From Cyanophora paradoxa CCMP329 (taxonomy: Eukaryota > Plantae > Glaucophyta): 64,000 bases of DNA. Below the pieces are notes generated by a model that was not told the DNA's origin, ran no database searches, and saw only the letters and a program-made list of their open reading frames with translations. This document shows, one piece after another, positions 52,811 to 64,000 of the stretch; within the stretch, counting starts at the first letter, position 1; each line of letters starts with the position of its first letter. The stretch lies in NCBI GenBank assembly GCA_004431415.1, contig QPMI01000568.1:52183-116182 (forward strand), given 5' to 3'. Position numbers and translations under genes: made by a program.

Positions 52811-54211
52811 CTATTTCCTCTGCCCTCTTCGTAGATTGAATCGAGTTTGGGGTGCAGTATATGTTTCTTTGGTGGTTGAAAAGTCATTATACCACCTCTG
52901 ACTGTTGACTTCTGATAATTTCTGGGTTCCTGCTATGGTCAACTTCTTTAATTCTTTCTCTACTCTACCCTTCTTTTGTGCTCTTGCTTCTGTGAGGGGT
53001 TCTTTTGGTATTTCACTTGCTTTTTCTATGCCCTCCTTTCTGATTGCTGAATCAACCCTGGCTTCCTCCTTTGCCTGTTCAAGAGCATCCACTGTGGGAG
53101 TTTCATGATACTCAACACCTTTAATGGGCAGGAGTTCATGAAAAGCGAATCTACCATCAACTATCTCACCACTGGGACTTCTGATTCTGAACTTGAAGCC
53201 CTCTCTGCCCTCCACACTATAAACAATTCGAGACCAATTAACCCCTTGCTTTGCAAATGGATTCTTTTCAACTTTCACTCTCACAAACATTCCAGGTTTC
53301 AGGGCATCAAGATAATCAATCGATTTCTTGAATCTCTGATCCTCCATATTCACTATCTCTTTGTAGTGGGCTTCTGTGGTCTCTGCTGGTTTTCTCTTGG
53401 TTGCAGAGTGAATGGTATTATTATAATTATACTCAATATCACCCAACACATCAAAAAATCGTGCAGTATTATTTGCAATGCAGTAGTTTGTGATCAATCT
53501 CTTGATCTGTCTGTTAAAGGCTTCAATTCGACCTTGGGTTCTGTGATCTGCAACATCACTTAGTTGATGCTCAATGAATTTTGTTCCCAAATAATCTGTG
53601 AACAACACATTGGTAAATTCGCTTCCACTGTCACTCTGAATGCGAACAATTGGTCTGGGGACTCTCTGTTCAAGTTGCTTGAATGCTGCAAGTGTAGTAA
53701 GAGCACTCTTGTCTCTCATTGGAATTATGAACCCTGTTCTCAGGGTTGACTCCATTGCACTCATAAATGTATCATAACCATCATTCTGCTTTTTGTATGC
53801 AGGAAAGAAGAGCAGATCAATCACATAGGTATCAAGGGGTTGCCTTATTGGAATCATGGGATCTCTCTTTCGAGATAGGGTGGGTGCATTAATTTGGACA
53901 ACCTCCTGTTTATCATACCATTCTCTCATCTTCTTGTAGTTCTCTTCTGGTAGTTCCTGTCTCATTGCTGTGAATCCCTTGTAGCCTGTCCTGGGATCAT
54001 AGAACTTCTTAGCAATCTTCGACTCTTTTGGTGCTGTCTCAGCTGGGAGGGTCTCTGGGATTAATTGCTTGACCATCTCTGATCTTTTCAATATTCGACT
54101 GCTTTTCTCTTCCACTGGAACTGTGATAGGTAGGATATTCCCTCGATCTTCAATTGCCTCTTTTCTTACAATTCTGGGTGGTTGTCTCAATCCTATTTGT
54201 GTAGAAGGCAT
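52811..54211 (-). CDS. rve DDE integrase (element C)
   Basis: YVIDL, IQSDSGSEF, GRIEAFNRQIK. Confidence 0.92.
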   Translation of the reverse strand: MPSTQIGLRQPPRIVRKEAIEDRGNILPITVPVEEKSSRILKRSEMVKQLIPETLPAETAPKESKIAKKFYDPRTGYKGFTAMRQELPEENYKKMREWYDKQEVVQINAPTLSRKRDPMIPIRQPLDTYVIDLLFFPAYKKQNDGYDTFMSAMESTLRTGFIIPMRDKSALTTLAAFKQLEQRVPRPIVRIQSDSGSEFTNVLFTDYLGTKFIEHQLSDVADHRTQGRIEAFNRQIKRLITNYCIANNTARFFDVLGDIEYNYNNTIHSATKRKPAETTEAHYKEIVNMEDQRFKKSIDYLDALKPGMFVRVKVEKNPFAKQGVNWSRIVYSVEGREGFKFRIRSPSGEIVDGRFAFHELLPIKGVEYHETPTVDALEQAKEEARVDSAIRKEGIEKASEIPKEPLTEARAQKKGRVEKELKKLTIAGTQKLSEVNSQRWYNDFSTTKETYTAPQTRFNLRRGQRK

Positions 54212-54236
54212 CTTTACCTTATCTCTCATATAATAA

Positions 54237-54398
54237 ATGCAAGAGTCTGTGTGGAAGGAGAACACAATTCCAAACTACTTTGCAATTGAGCCCAATGATC
54301 CAGGATTAAGATGTATATGGCTGCTGCATTTAATTCGCGGTTTATTACTTCTTGGAGAGCGAAACCAAAGAAAAAGAAAGATTGATGAAGTAGATTAG
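54237..54398 (+). CDS. 53-aa micro-protein
   Basis: MQESVWKENTIPNYFAIEPNDPGLRCIWLLHLIRGLLLLGERNQRKRKIDEVD*. Confidence 0.75.
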   Translation: MQESVWKENTIPNYFAIEPNDPGLRCIWLLHLIRGLLLLGERNQRKRKIDEVD

Positions 54399-57300
54399 AG
54401 CCCAAATGGAATGCTGTGAATTCCATCGTCTAATATCTTCCTTTTGCTATCGAGTTGGTTTAGAGCCACCCTTCTGCTCTCCAAATCATATAGGTTGTGG
54501 TCTTGCCTTCGCTTGTTTACTACTGCTACTGTTTTGGTGATGCCTTCAAACAGGCATCTCTTGAAATCATCAAAGTGAACCTCTTTGGAGGAAGTCCCAG
54601 ACATCTTTATTTTATCAAAGGTCTCAGTTCTGAAAGCATAGAGTTTCGATCTCAGACCTACATACTCCACAATCTTTGCATTTGGAAACTCGTTTTTATA
54701 TTTACCTGGAATCAAACGATTGCTCCTATCAAAGAGAGGGTGGGTGGGATCATAATTACTGCAATCCAGGTGTCCAGCAATTCGCTTCATCTCATTATTT
54801 AGATCATTGGTATGCAGCAGGAGACAGAAAGAATCTGTATCATGGAATAGTAGCTCTGCTGTTTCCCAAGTTCTCCTCACCACATCATAAAAGAACCTGC
54901 TATTGTGGAGTTTCGCGAAATCCAGCACAAAAGCACCAATTGCAACAGGTTTATCTAAGTGAACATGCTTGGAATACATCTCAAAGGCAACAGCATTTTC
55001 GTTTAATACATTGGTTGCCTTGATGAGTGGACTTGCAGCATATTTCTTGCAAAGTTTCTCACTGTTTGCAATCTTTACCACAGAGCGACCCCTGCATGAT
55101 TCGAGGCATTTACCATAGATTGCATTGTTCATTAATTTAAAGAAGTCACTCTCGAATCTGGACATAGATTGGCGCCTCAGTTTCGTATTTAGATCAATAT
55201 AACTCTTCATGAATGCAGAGGTTGCAAATGAGAGAACCCTGTGAACCTTCGTGATTATAATACCTTTGCTCACAAGATAGATCAAGAGAGGTTGGGAAAT
55301 CACATAGTTATTTTTGGGTGAGAATGTTGCAGTGAGTTTGGGGTCTTTGCTTATCTTCTCACCTGTGATATCCAGTAACTTTCTTTGATACCCACCCAGC
55401 ATTTCGGTGGTGACATGCTCTTTATTAACTACAAGTGGAAAATCGTAATGATCTGTGAGAGTTTGTGGGTATTCCAGGTCAACTTCAATAAAGGCACTTC
55501 GTCCTTGGGTCTCTTTAAGTGCCTCTGAGACATCTTCCCATCGAAAATCTCCAATGGGCAGTTCTTGACTGAGAGCAAAACCATACAGATTATTTGCATC
55601 CAAGAGAACTATATGGTCATCTGGGTTTTCCACCTTTGCATATCGAGTAGGCATTGTAGCAAACCCACCTCGAATTGCTCTCTCAATGAATTCGTATTGC
55701 CCTACATCACTGATCTGCTCGATCTTTGCTCTGGTATAAATGAGCATTGCATCCAGGATAATCCAGGAGCCGAACATAGTGGGCAGGATCCAATCCATAT
55801 TGGGAAAACGCCAATTCTCGGAAAGTCTGGAATTTACTCATAAGATCACCAGAATCCACTGCCTGGAAGTCCATGAAGTGCGAAGCATCTATGAATTTCC
55901 ACATGCCCCATTGCAGGGAGAGGTATTGATCGAAATTCTTGCTCAGGATCTCAACACGAAGTTTATCATCTTGCTGTGCAATTTTGCGGAATATTTCGTG
56001 TCCACATTCATCCATGTGATCCACCACAATTGCTACTTTCGTTTGCTTTGAGATTCTCCTGTGGAGGTTGCAGTTTCGGCATGCTTTTCCAATAAAAGCT
56101 CCTGATTGATGACAATGGTCTCTTACTGGGAAATTCTCATGGGTAAATCGTTCAGCACAGATATAACAGTGTTTAGTGATCTTGTATTGTGCTTTCTGCT
56201 CTTCTGTGAGTGGGTGCATTGGAATATTGGTGAATAGAGTGCGGATTACTTGGGGTCTGATCTCTGTGAGAGTGGTAAACAGAGCACCAAGTGGATCTGA
56301 TCCCTCGAAATAATGAGAGATCACCTCATCCCCCATCACAACTGTTAAAGAAACCGATTTGACCGCTCTTTTACTGCGGTTCTCATCAATTGGAACCGAG
56401 TGACTATCCATTTTACATAGCAGATAGTGGAAGCCACACAGTTTTGCGAAGGTGTTGAAGCCCAAATGCAATGTGACTTCCAGATTTCGGGCATTTACCT
56501 TTGCTCTCCCTCCAATCAATGCAGCGATTGGCTTCTAAGTGAATGTCCAGCTTCTCCTGAGTTCTGAAACGAGACAGGCAGGTCTCACAATAATAAATGC
56601 GACCATCATGGGCTTTATCAAAGGTGGTTTTCAGGAGTCGACTCAGAGACATAATGGTGATATAATGTCCTCTATCATCCTCTTCGTTTTCGATTAATAA
56701 AAGGTTAATCTTGGTCTTTCTCCTCGGGTTGCTGGATTGATGGAGAGGATAGAAACACTGTGCTTGATTATCTGCACCATAAATGTTGATACTCAGTTCA
56801 GGGTTCTGCTCCTCAAATCGATCAATGATTTCTGCATCACAGGCAACTGGAAACTGGATGCCTTCGAAATTGAGTTCGTTTAACCATCTTCTATACTGGC
56901 TGGGTTCATTGCTCTTGTGTTTATTGATGTCCTTTCGGTGCAGGTAAGCCAAGATTGCATACTTGAAGCAGTCTTGACCATCAATATTCTTGACATTCAC
57001 AGTTGCTCTCTTTAATCCAATCCACTCAGGTGTTGAGAAGAAGCAACCACCCACAGGAGCATAAGACATTATAACCACTCTCAGCATCTCGATGCGATCC
57101 AGTCTGTAACTGTCCACCTGCATCATCTGTTCCTGCATTGCTTGAAGTGCATTTCGCAGTTCAACATCAATATTTCGAGATCTTGTGATGACAAAGTAAT
57201 CACTATAAATGAACTTGGTGATCCACACCCTTGGATCACTCACTTTGGTGAACTTACAAATGAAGGTCAACCGAGTCTTAATTGCTCTCAGGTCTTGGAG

Positions 57301-57671
57301 TTTCTGTCTGAGTCTCTGAGGTAGAGTGGGTGCAATTCTCTCCAAGAATTCAATCCCATCTTGGATAACCTCCCCTCTTGCTCGATAGGTTAACCAAGAG
57401 TATGCTTTGTTCATTGCTTCCCCATCTTCAATCTCGGGTTCAATTGTTCCAACCTTAAACCTTCATCCCTGAATTCCTCCATCTTCTCAAAACGATCATA
57501 GAGGCGATTAGTAATTTCTGTGAGTTGAGATAATCTTGGTCTCCTATCCAGGATTGCTGCCTGGCGATCATATTCGAATTCTGTAATATCACCAGTAACT
57601 AAAAGGGTTCCTAAAAGACCGAGTATTTCGTTTTTCTTTTCTTTGATGATTCTATTTGATTGGCGGGGCAT
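54395..57671 (-). CDS. pPolB of element C (several frameshifts)
   Basis: Four ORF pieces collinear with the element B polymerase. Confidence 0.9.
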
Positions 57672-57727
57672 CTTTTACTTTAAGGGAACATATTATTTTT
57701 GGGCGTTTTAAACGCATTTCGCATTTT

Positions 57728-57919
57728 TCAGGTTCTGATAATTCGCACATTCGTGCCTTTGGGGACATATACATTCACTGTGTCGAGTCTGCTTGCATAA
57801 ACACGCTTCTTTTGATAGGTTCTACCATAACCTGCTCTGATCTTTGCAATATAATCCGCCACCTCTGCAATATCATTCTTTTCGACAAGCTGCTGCCGAA
57901 TTTCATCAAAATAATCCAT
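57728..57919 (-). CDS. Small hypothetical protein
   Basis: Syntenic with and C-terminally similar to 26934-27092. Confidence 0.6.
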   Translation of the reverse strand: MDYFDEIRQQLVEKNDIAEVADYIAKIRAGYGRTYQKKRVYASRLDTVNVYVPKGTNVRIIRT

Positions 57920-58062
57920 TTTCTGTCTTAGTCAAGTGAAATACGCAACGATCCCTTAAATCGCCAGTCAATTTTTGTCACAACACAACGATTTTCGATA
58001 CGTTTTTATATTGTCCGATTAAGAATCGAAACAGTCATCGACCCACAGGGGGGAGTCTGTGG

Positions 58063-58183
58063 TTAATTGGGTGTGACGCCTGTGACGCCTGTGACACCTG
58101 TTTTCAGAGGTTTGTAGATTTTTGAAATTTTAAAAAGTTTGAAAATAGGCGTCACAGGCGTCACAGGCGTCACACTCAATTAA
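58063..58183. promoter_or_regulatory. Internal iteron palindrome of element C; putative origin
   Basis: (TGTGACGCC)x3-like arm, AT-rich core, (GGCGTCACA)x3; same position as 27152-27244 in element B. Confidence 0.7.
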
Positions 58184-58272
58184 AAAGGTGTCACAGCTGT
58201 CACACAAACCATTTACAGTAAGGTTTTTAAAAATAAGAAATTCAATCAGTATTAGAATCGATTCTGTTTTGT

Positions 58273-60630
58273 TTACTCATCCCCACCTTCAACATCACTG
58301 TCATCCACCAACTTGCGACTATGCTTCTTTTTGATCCCAAAGTAGCCACGAGCAAGAACACCATTGACTCGCTTTCTCTCAGCCTTCACATTAAAGACTT
58401 CGCGAAGTCTCTTCAAGATAGTGCATTCTGTGATTTTCTCATCAGATTTGCCCATGTGATCCATCTTAAAGTGACTGATAATGGACTCACTTGTGGCGAA
58501 ATCCCCTTGACTCTTGGTGAGTTCATAACTCTCACGAATCCATTCTCCAATCTTGTCATTCTCATTGAAATATTCAACACCTTGATCAACAATGGACTGG
58601 GGTGGTTTGGTGACGAATTCATTGAGAGAATGGGTTCTCCACATTTCCAGGAGAATGGACATATGCGCCATTTTATAATCGTCATCATTCTTCATTAGGC
58701 GCATGAGAGTGGTGTCTGCTTTCTTCTCACCAGGCTGAGGATCGACCTTGAAGACATTTTCGAATCGGTAGTAGATAATTCGCCTTTGAATTGCTGCATC
58801 TGGTTTACTGATTCCCAAGTTGTCATTTGTGGACAAGAACAACTGGAACATGGGAATGAATGTAACAAGATCTTTGAAAAGAGCTCGAACCTTCATCTCA
58901 TTCCCACCAGTAACCTGTTTGATTTTGTTCAGTTGAAGCATATCACCATCTTCTGCTTCATTACTGAAAACAATTCGTTTACCAAGAATGCAAGCGAGTT
59001 CTGGGGAAGCCTCTGACGAACTCTTCTTGGGTTTAGTCCAATATGTCATGTCCAGTGACCCATAATACTCACCAAATGTGTCTTTCACCAACTCTTGGAG
59101 CAGTGATTTCCCATTTGCTCCAATTCCAGTCCAGCAAGTGTATCTCTGATTTTCTGTCAAACCACTCAGGGCATAGGCGATTAATCCCAGCATGAATTCG
59201 CGGTCTGTATCCGATTCAATAATATCTGCATAGATGGATTTAATCTTTGCAACCTTCTCTTGGTCAATTTCTGTGGTGTAATCGTAGCCAACAGTCTTAC
59301 TCACCATATCATCTGGGAGTCCCTGTCGAAAAGTCATGGAGTTCAGGTCAAACACACCATTTGTAAATCCAATGATGTTGGGAACAGTATCAAGTCTCTC
59401 GAAAAAGGTCTTGTCACTGAACAGAACTGAAAGATCAGACATAAGTGCAGTTCTGTATGTAGTCTGTTTGAGGCTCTTAGCAATTCCCAGCAGAATCTTT
59501 GACCTTTCCTCCAAGGAATTGCGGTTCTCTTCATCACGAAGTGCTCTCTGTGCGAGTTGAACAGAACGTTGAAGATAAACTGGACAGACCTTGCAGCTCA
59601 ACAGAGAAAGATTCGCTTCCCAGTTTCATCCATCTCCCAAATCCCACATACATCATTGAACTTGAACCAGGTCTTGTTGGAATACTTGTATTTGTCTTGC
59701 AGAACAAGATAGGCAACCTGTGCAACATCATAATGGGCACCATCAGATCCAGCAGACCGATCAATCAGATTTTCGATCTTCACATCTGTCTCTTCCTTCA
59801 CACGAACTGTGATGCTTCGCTTTTTGCAGTTTGCACTGTAACTCGAAACAATATATTTGTCCTTCTCCTTCCCTTGAACAATATACCAATTGTTCGAGTC
59901 ATGGCTTCCCTTGCAGCAGGGACAGATCAGACCTTTGTTCTCAGCAGTGAAATTGTATCCCATCTTGGTCTCATTGATGATTGTGGGCAAGATGAAACCG
60001 AATTCTTCAGTTTAGAAAGAATATGTTTCTGCAAATTCTCCTCAGCGCACCTCTCAAAATAAGAATGTGCACCTTTGGGGAATTCGTAGTTGTCAACAAT
60101 CCACTTTTGCAACTCAGCAGTAGTTCATTTAACTCACACTCAGATGCCCATGGCTCTCTGATCCATGTTTTGTTGGGACTTGGACAAACATTAATTACCC
60201 AGCAGTCCCAGTGGATGCAATCGTTTTGCAGTCGATCTTGGGGTTTCCTTTGAATGCACCTGCTTTATCCAGATCTTAATGGTGTCGAATTCAGCAGGTC
60301 GAGCGAAATAAGCATGATATCCTTTTTGGTTTTAGCAAGTGGATTAACACCACCGAAATCATCAGGGAATTGCTCCTCGAATTTGGCGAAATCCTCCTCT
60401 TGGTCGAAGTCAATAACCATGATATTACGAGCAAGAATGCCCCAAGCAGTATATTTACCGGATTTCAGGGCTTCATCGAATTTATCCCAAGTCCAGGATC
60501 CGTCTTTATGAGCGAAAAGCGGTCTCTTGGTATCAGGATCAACAGGAATTACGAGATTCTCAGACAGGACATCGTCTTCACGAAGCCAGTCAACAAGGCG
60601 TTTCAGGGATTTCTTGGCGGCAGCGTTCAT
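58273..60630 (-). CDS. PrimPol-D5 SF3 helicase of element C (frameshifted)
   Basis: WGILARNIMVIDFD, WTGIGANGKS, FSNEAE, RGYFGIK. Confidence 0.88.
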
Positions 60631-60824
60631 TTCGAAAATCGGGGGCTTCTTACACTTAATGGAGAAATTAATTTCTCCGGATCCTTGTCATTTTTTGGCG
60701 GCTAACCTTTAAATACCTTTGGGTTTTCCGATTGGCGCTCGATACATGGTAATGATCCATCGAAAAGTCGATTGATCATGGTAACAAAAAGGATTCAGCG
60801 GATATCTGGGACTTTGGGGGCGGT

Positions 60825-61052
60825 TCAGTATTTTCTGGGACGACCAACTGGGCGTTTTACTGGATTATTGGGATCCATCTCAGCAGCTTTCCTGCGATAA
60901 TATCGTTCCAGTGCCTTTTTACGATATAATTTACGAAATTCCTCATCTTGATAACGTTTCTGGAAATACAAGCGGTCATACAACCTTTTCCTCTCATTGG
61001 GATCCATTTCGCTCATTGCAAGTTCGAATTCGACCACAGATTCAGTTTCCAT
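60825..61052 (-). CDS. Small AT-hook protein
   Basis: Ends KRPVGRPRKY. Confidence 0.65.
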   Translation of the reverse strand: METESVVEFELAMSEMDPNERKRLYDRLYFQKRYQDEEFRKLYRKKALERYYRRKAAEMDPNNPVKRPVGRPRKY

Positions 61053-61253
61053 TTGATATGTTCCTTATATTTGGACGAGAAAATAATTTGTCCGGGTTCA
61101 CCAATCAAACACACCTTACCCTTAAATCCCTTGTCATTTTTTGCAGATCGAGACCAGTTCCTGTCTACGCTTTTTTATTGCGTCTTCTGTTGCATATTCA
61201 GCGGATTTCCTTTCAAGGATAGCATAGATCTCAGAGAGACTGAGCATTCGATA

Positions 61254-61487
61254 TTAATTACCGAGATTTAATTTCGGATCTGTGAAAGATACAGACCTTC
61301 GCCTCACTGTCTCTGTTTTAATATGCTCTTCGAAATCCACCGAGTCTGTGGATAATCTCCTTCCACCAGATCCATGGCTTTCAGTGTCTGAGAACTCGAT
61401 TTCGACTTTGGTGTCACAGCAACCACTGTGACAATTGCTCACAATGTGGAGATTAAACATCTCAATGATTTTGCGCAGAAAATCCAT
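61254..61487 (-). CDS. Small hypothetical protein (SNCHSGCC)
   Basis: Orthologue of 30301-30567. Confidence 0.65.
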   Translation of the reverse strand: MDFLRKIIEMFNLHIVSNCHSGCCDTKVEIEFSDTESHGSGGRRLSTDSVDFEEHIKTETVRRRSVSFTDPKLNLGN

Positions 61488-61514
61488 GATGCTTTCTCTT
61501 TTAATGCGAGATAA

Positions 61515-62238
61515 TTAAAGCCAAACTCGTCGTTTATATACTGTTGGTGCAACACCTTTGTCCACCTCTGCCTTGGTAGCACCAGGTTCAATGGTGCCCT
61601 TTTGGGTTTTGGTCTTCATCTCATCAACTGCCTGCTCATCGATTTGAGTTTCTTTCTTACCAATGAACTGCTTATCTGGGAGACCAGTAATTCCCATTCT
61701 ATAACCTCCTTTCGCAGCATCTCCTTTAATTTCGCTCTCTCTTTCTTCTCAGAGACATACTGTTCAAGTGCACTCGATTTCGCTTCCAGATCTTTTAGTT
61801 TCGCAGTCATTTCGTCCCATTGGGCTTTGGAATTCGGTGAATATTCTGTGTAGGTGCGACCTTGTAGGTGACCTCACCAGCCATGGATTGAATTACCTTG
61901 TCTGATTCCTTGGAGACACCTTCACCTTTGCGAGCAAGTGAGAGATCTTGCAGACCCAGTCCTTATCATCAGCAGCACCAATAATTCGACGAGCACTTCA
62001 CCAACTGCTTTCATCTTGTGGCTTCGGGTGAAATATTCAATTGATCACTGGTGGATGTTTGAGGCGCTTTATCATCGGGAGATTCTTCGTAGCAGCATTG
62101 AGGGGATCTTCCTGTTGCTGTGATGCTCACTTCATTGACACCATTGAATTTCATGGATCTGTGTTAATAGAACCGGTTCCAGAGGATGCAGAATATGACA
62201 TAGCACCGCAGGAACACCAACTTTGCGTTTGGAAGCAT
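61515..62238 (-). CDS. Hypothetical coiled-coil protein (frameshifted)
   Basis: Fragments match 30591-31322 (MTAKLKDLEAKSSALEQY, YKRRVWL). Confidence 0.6.
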
Positions 62239-62262
62239 TGTATTTATTAGAACAGAGATTAT

Positions 62263-63010
62263 TTTACAACCTCTCTTATATCGCATCAGTTTATTCGAAT
62301 GAACACCACTCTTGACCTCTTTGGTGCTTCCTCTTTCTGTGGAGATGGTAGTTCATCTTCTTTCTTTTTGGCTCCTGTGGAACCGAGGAATGGGAAATCT
62401 TTGACCAGATCCGCTTTATCAACATAATAGTTCACCGAATAATTTGCAGAAGACCACACAAATATTGGTAAGAGTGCACATACTCTCAAACATCTTATAG
62501 AAATCGTCCTTGTTTCGCATGATATTATATTCCTCTTCAATGGCTCGAGTTCTTTGCGATTTGCAGCACTCAGGAACACAGCATAATCCGAATTTACTCG
62601 ATGTTGAAGAAACCTTCCTCAGCTTCTGTGTGATGCAGATAATCGAGATTTTCGAATGGCGACTCTGAATAAAGAGATCCACGATTTTGTCTCGGGTCAA
62701 ATCAATGATTTCGTTGTCTATTAGATCATCTAAGACCACACACAGGTGATGACAGGTTCCCCTTTTTCGATTTTCTCCTGCTTTCATCCAGTAATTGGAA
62801 ATGTAAGCAGCATCCCATTTCCCGAGTTGCAATGTTGCACTGCTCCAGAAATGATTGAAGGACTCCACTACAACAAAACATCATTTTCGCTATGCAGCTT
62901 GTTCAACCATATTTCACACATTCTGACTGCCTTTGCAGACTTCCTATGAAAAGAGCACGAAATGGTGGGGTTATCATCTCAGATGCAACAAATTCTTCTA
63001 AATCGTTCAT
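62263..63010 (-). CDS. A32-like packaging ATPase (heavily frameshifted)
   Basis: LCVVLDDLIDNEI and ICITQKLRKVSS fragments. Confidence 0.75.
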
Positions 63011-63077
63011 GGCTTTGTAGATCTTTCTTATTAAAGATAGATAAAAATAACGAACTGTTACTGATAATGGTTTTACA

Positions 63078-64000
63078 GATTAGAGAGATAAGAGGAATTG
63101 TTTAATGCACCGCTCAATATCAGTTTCTGTGTATGGATCGCAAGAGTTGGATATTGTTGGCTTCACAATAGCGGGTTTTAATCTGATCACGAATTTGCAG
63201 TTGCTCAATGCTTTTTTCTCCACCAAAAACCTCTACTGGTTCGAAGTGTTGGCGACCATCATACTCAATTGCGATTTTCAGAGCGGGAATATAGAAATCG
63301 AAGGGAAGTGCTTTTGTTTTACGACAGTCTTCAAAGGTAAATTGTCTGTTGTAATCAAGCCCAATTTCTTCCAAGACTGCTTCATTGCAAGTTCACCTTT
63401 GAGTTCTTGCAACGAGGGCAACCTCTATTCATCAGATGATTACAAGGAAGCTGATCGAAATTCATTTGAGCATTTCATACAACTGATGATATTTTTGTTT
63501 TCTTGTTGACATACTTGACCTTGGAATAGTCATAGCGATCTCCATGGACTTCTTTCGCTTTCTCAATAAATAATTCTGTATTATTTCGCCTGTGATGACC
63601 ATTTTGTTGGAGAAAAACATGCTTTGCACCCTTGCTTTCTCAAATGTGCATATGGTGCCTGCTCAAGAGGTCGATTTACACCATTACACCTTGATCAGAA
63701 CTTTGCTTCTTGCATTCATATATCAACGGCAGAATAATCATATCTGTCACCATGACTTTCTTTGCCTCTTCAACAAAGGTGCTTTGTGGCTTCTTGCGAT
63801 CATCATGAAGTTGTTTATCTCGCAAGAAGGACATCCACCATTATTAAACTCTTTAGCCATGCAATATGATTTCCAGCAATTGTCTCAAAGTATTCCCTGC
63901 AAGTTTTTGCAAAACAGAGTAACCTTTGCATGGTATGACTTGTAAACAACCCGATCATATCCAAATTTATCTCCATGGGCTGCTTTGCTCTTCTCAATAA
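63078..64000 (-). CDS. Zn-ribbon/Vsr-like endonuclease (frameshifted, start beyond window)
   Basis: LPFDFYIPALKIAIEYDGRQHF. Confidence 0.75.

Larger units (their letters stand above)
42016..64000. mobile_element. Element C: second, related endogenous Polinton-like virus (left 22 kb; continues beyond window)
   Basis: Starts with ACACAT and a 28-bp terminal hairpin. Gene order is collinear with element B from SAM decarboxylase to the Vsr-like nuclease. Predicted TSD GCTGTG (42010-42015). Confidence 0.93.

Noticed and set aside
55700-64000. Element C being a decayed pseudogenised copy
   Set aside because: The breaks are mostly single-base indels in short runs, they increase towards the window end, they are not shared with B, and amino-acid conservation stays high. 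Long-read consensus error is at least as likely. Not decidable without reads.
9935-64000. B and C as a tandem duplication or assembly duplicate
   Set aside because: Extensive synonymous divergence, different iterons, different accessory genes and independent insertion sites.
1-64000. tRNA/rRNA genes and host species assignment
   Set aside because: No recognisable structured RNA genes were seen by eye, and the host cannot be identified from this sequence alone.

Overview
Eukaryotic (protist-like) genomic DNA. About 7 kb of GC-rich, intron-rich host sequence (about 6.05-9.93 kb and 38.69-42.02 kb) carries three AT-richer endogenous DNA viruses of the Polinton/Polinton-like virus (PLV) type. 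Element A (1 to about 6050) is cut by the window start. It encodes a pPolB-palm/SF1-helicase/HNH fusion, an rve integrase, DUF5710-like proteins and a RING protein. Element B (9935-38684, 28,750 bp) is complete, with 1,344-bp terminal inverted repeats (TIRs) and a GACATT target-site duplication (TSD). It sits inside a short intron of a host TmcB-like PAS-domain membrane-protein gene. B encodes a major capsid protein, two minor capsid proteins, an A32 ATPase, an rve integrase, pPolB, a PrimPol-D5 helicase, a patatin-discoidin lipase, a giant fibre, a Vsr-like nuclease and a bacterial-type SAM decarboxylase. Element C (42016 to beyond 64000) is a syntenic, diverged and strongly CpG-depleted sister of B, inserted in the same host gene. 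Main observations: 28-bp terminal hairpins with compensatory changes between B and C; element-specific iteron palindromes found both in the TIRs and just downstream of the helicase gene; a pPolB that has lost its proofreading motifs in both elements; a Mimivirus-early-promoter-like motif before non-structural genes; and two conserved unannotated micro-ORFs. Many single-base frameshifts, especially after about 55 kb, look like assembly errors. All protein calls come from motif recognition by eye; no database search was run.
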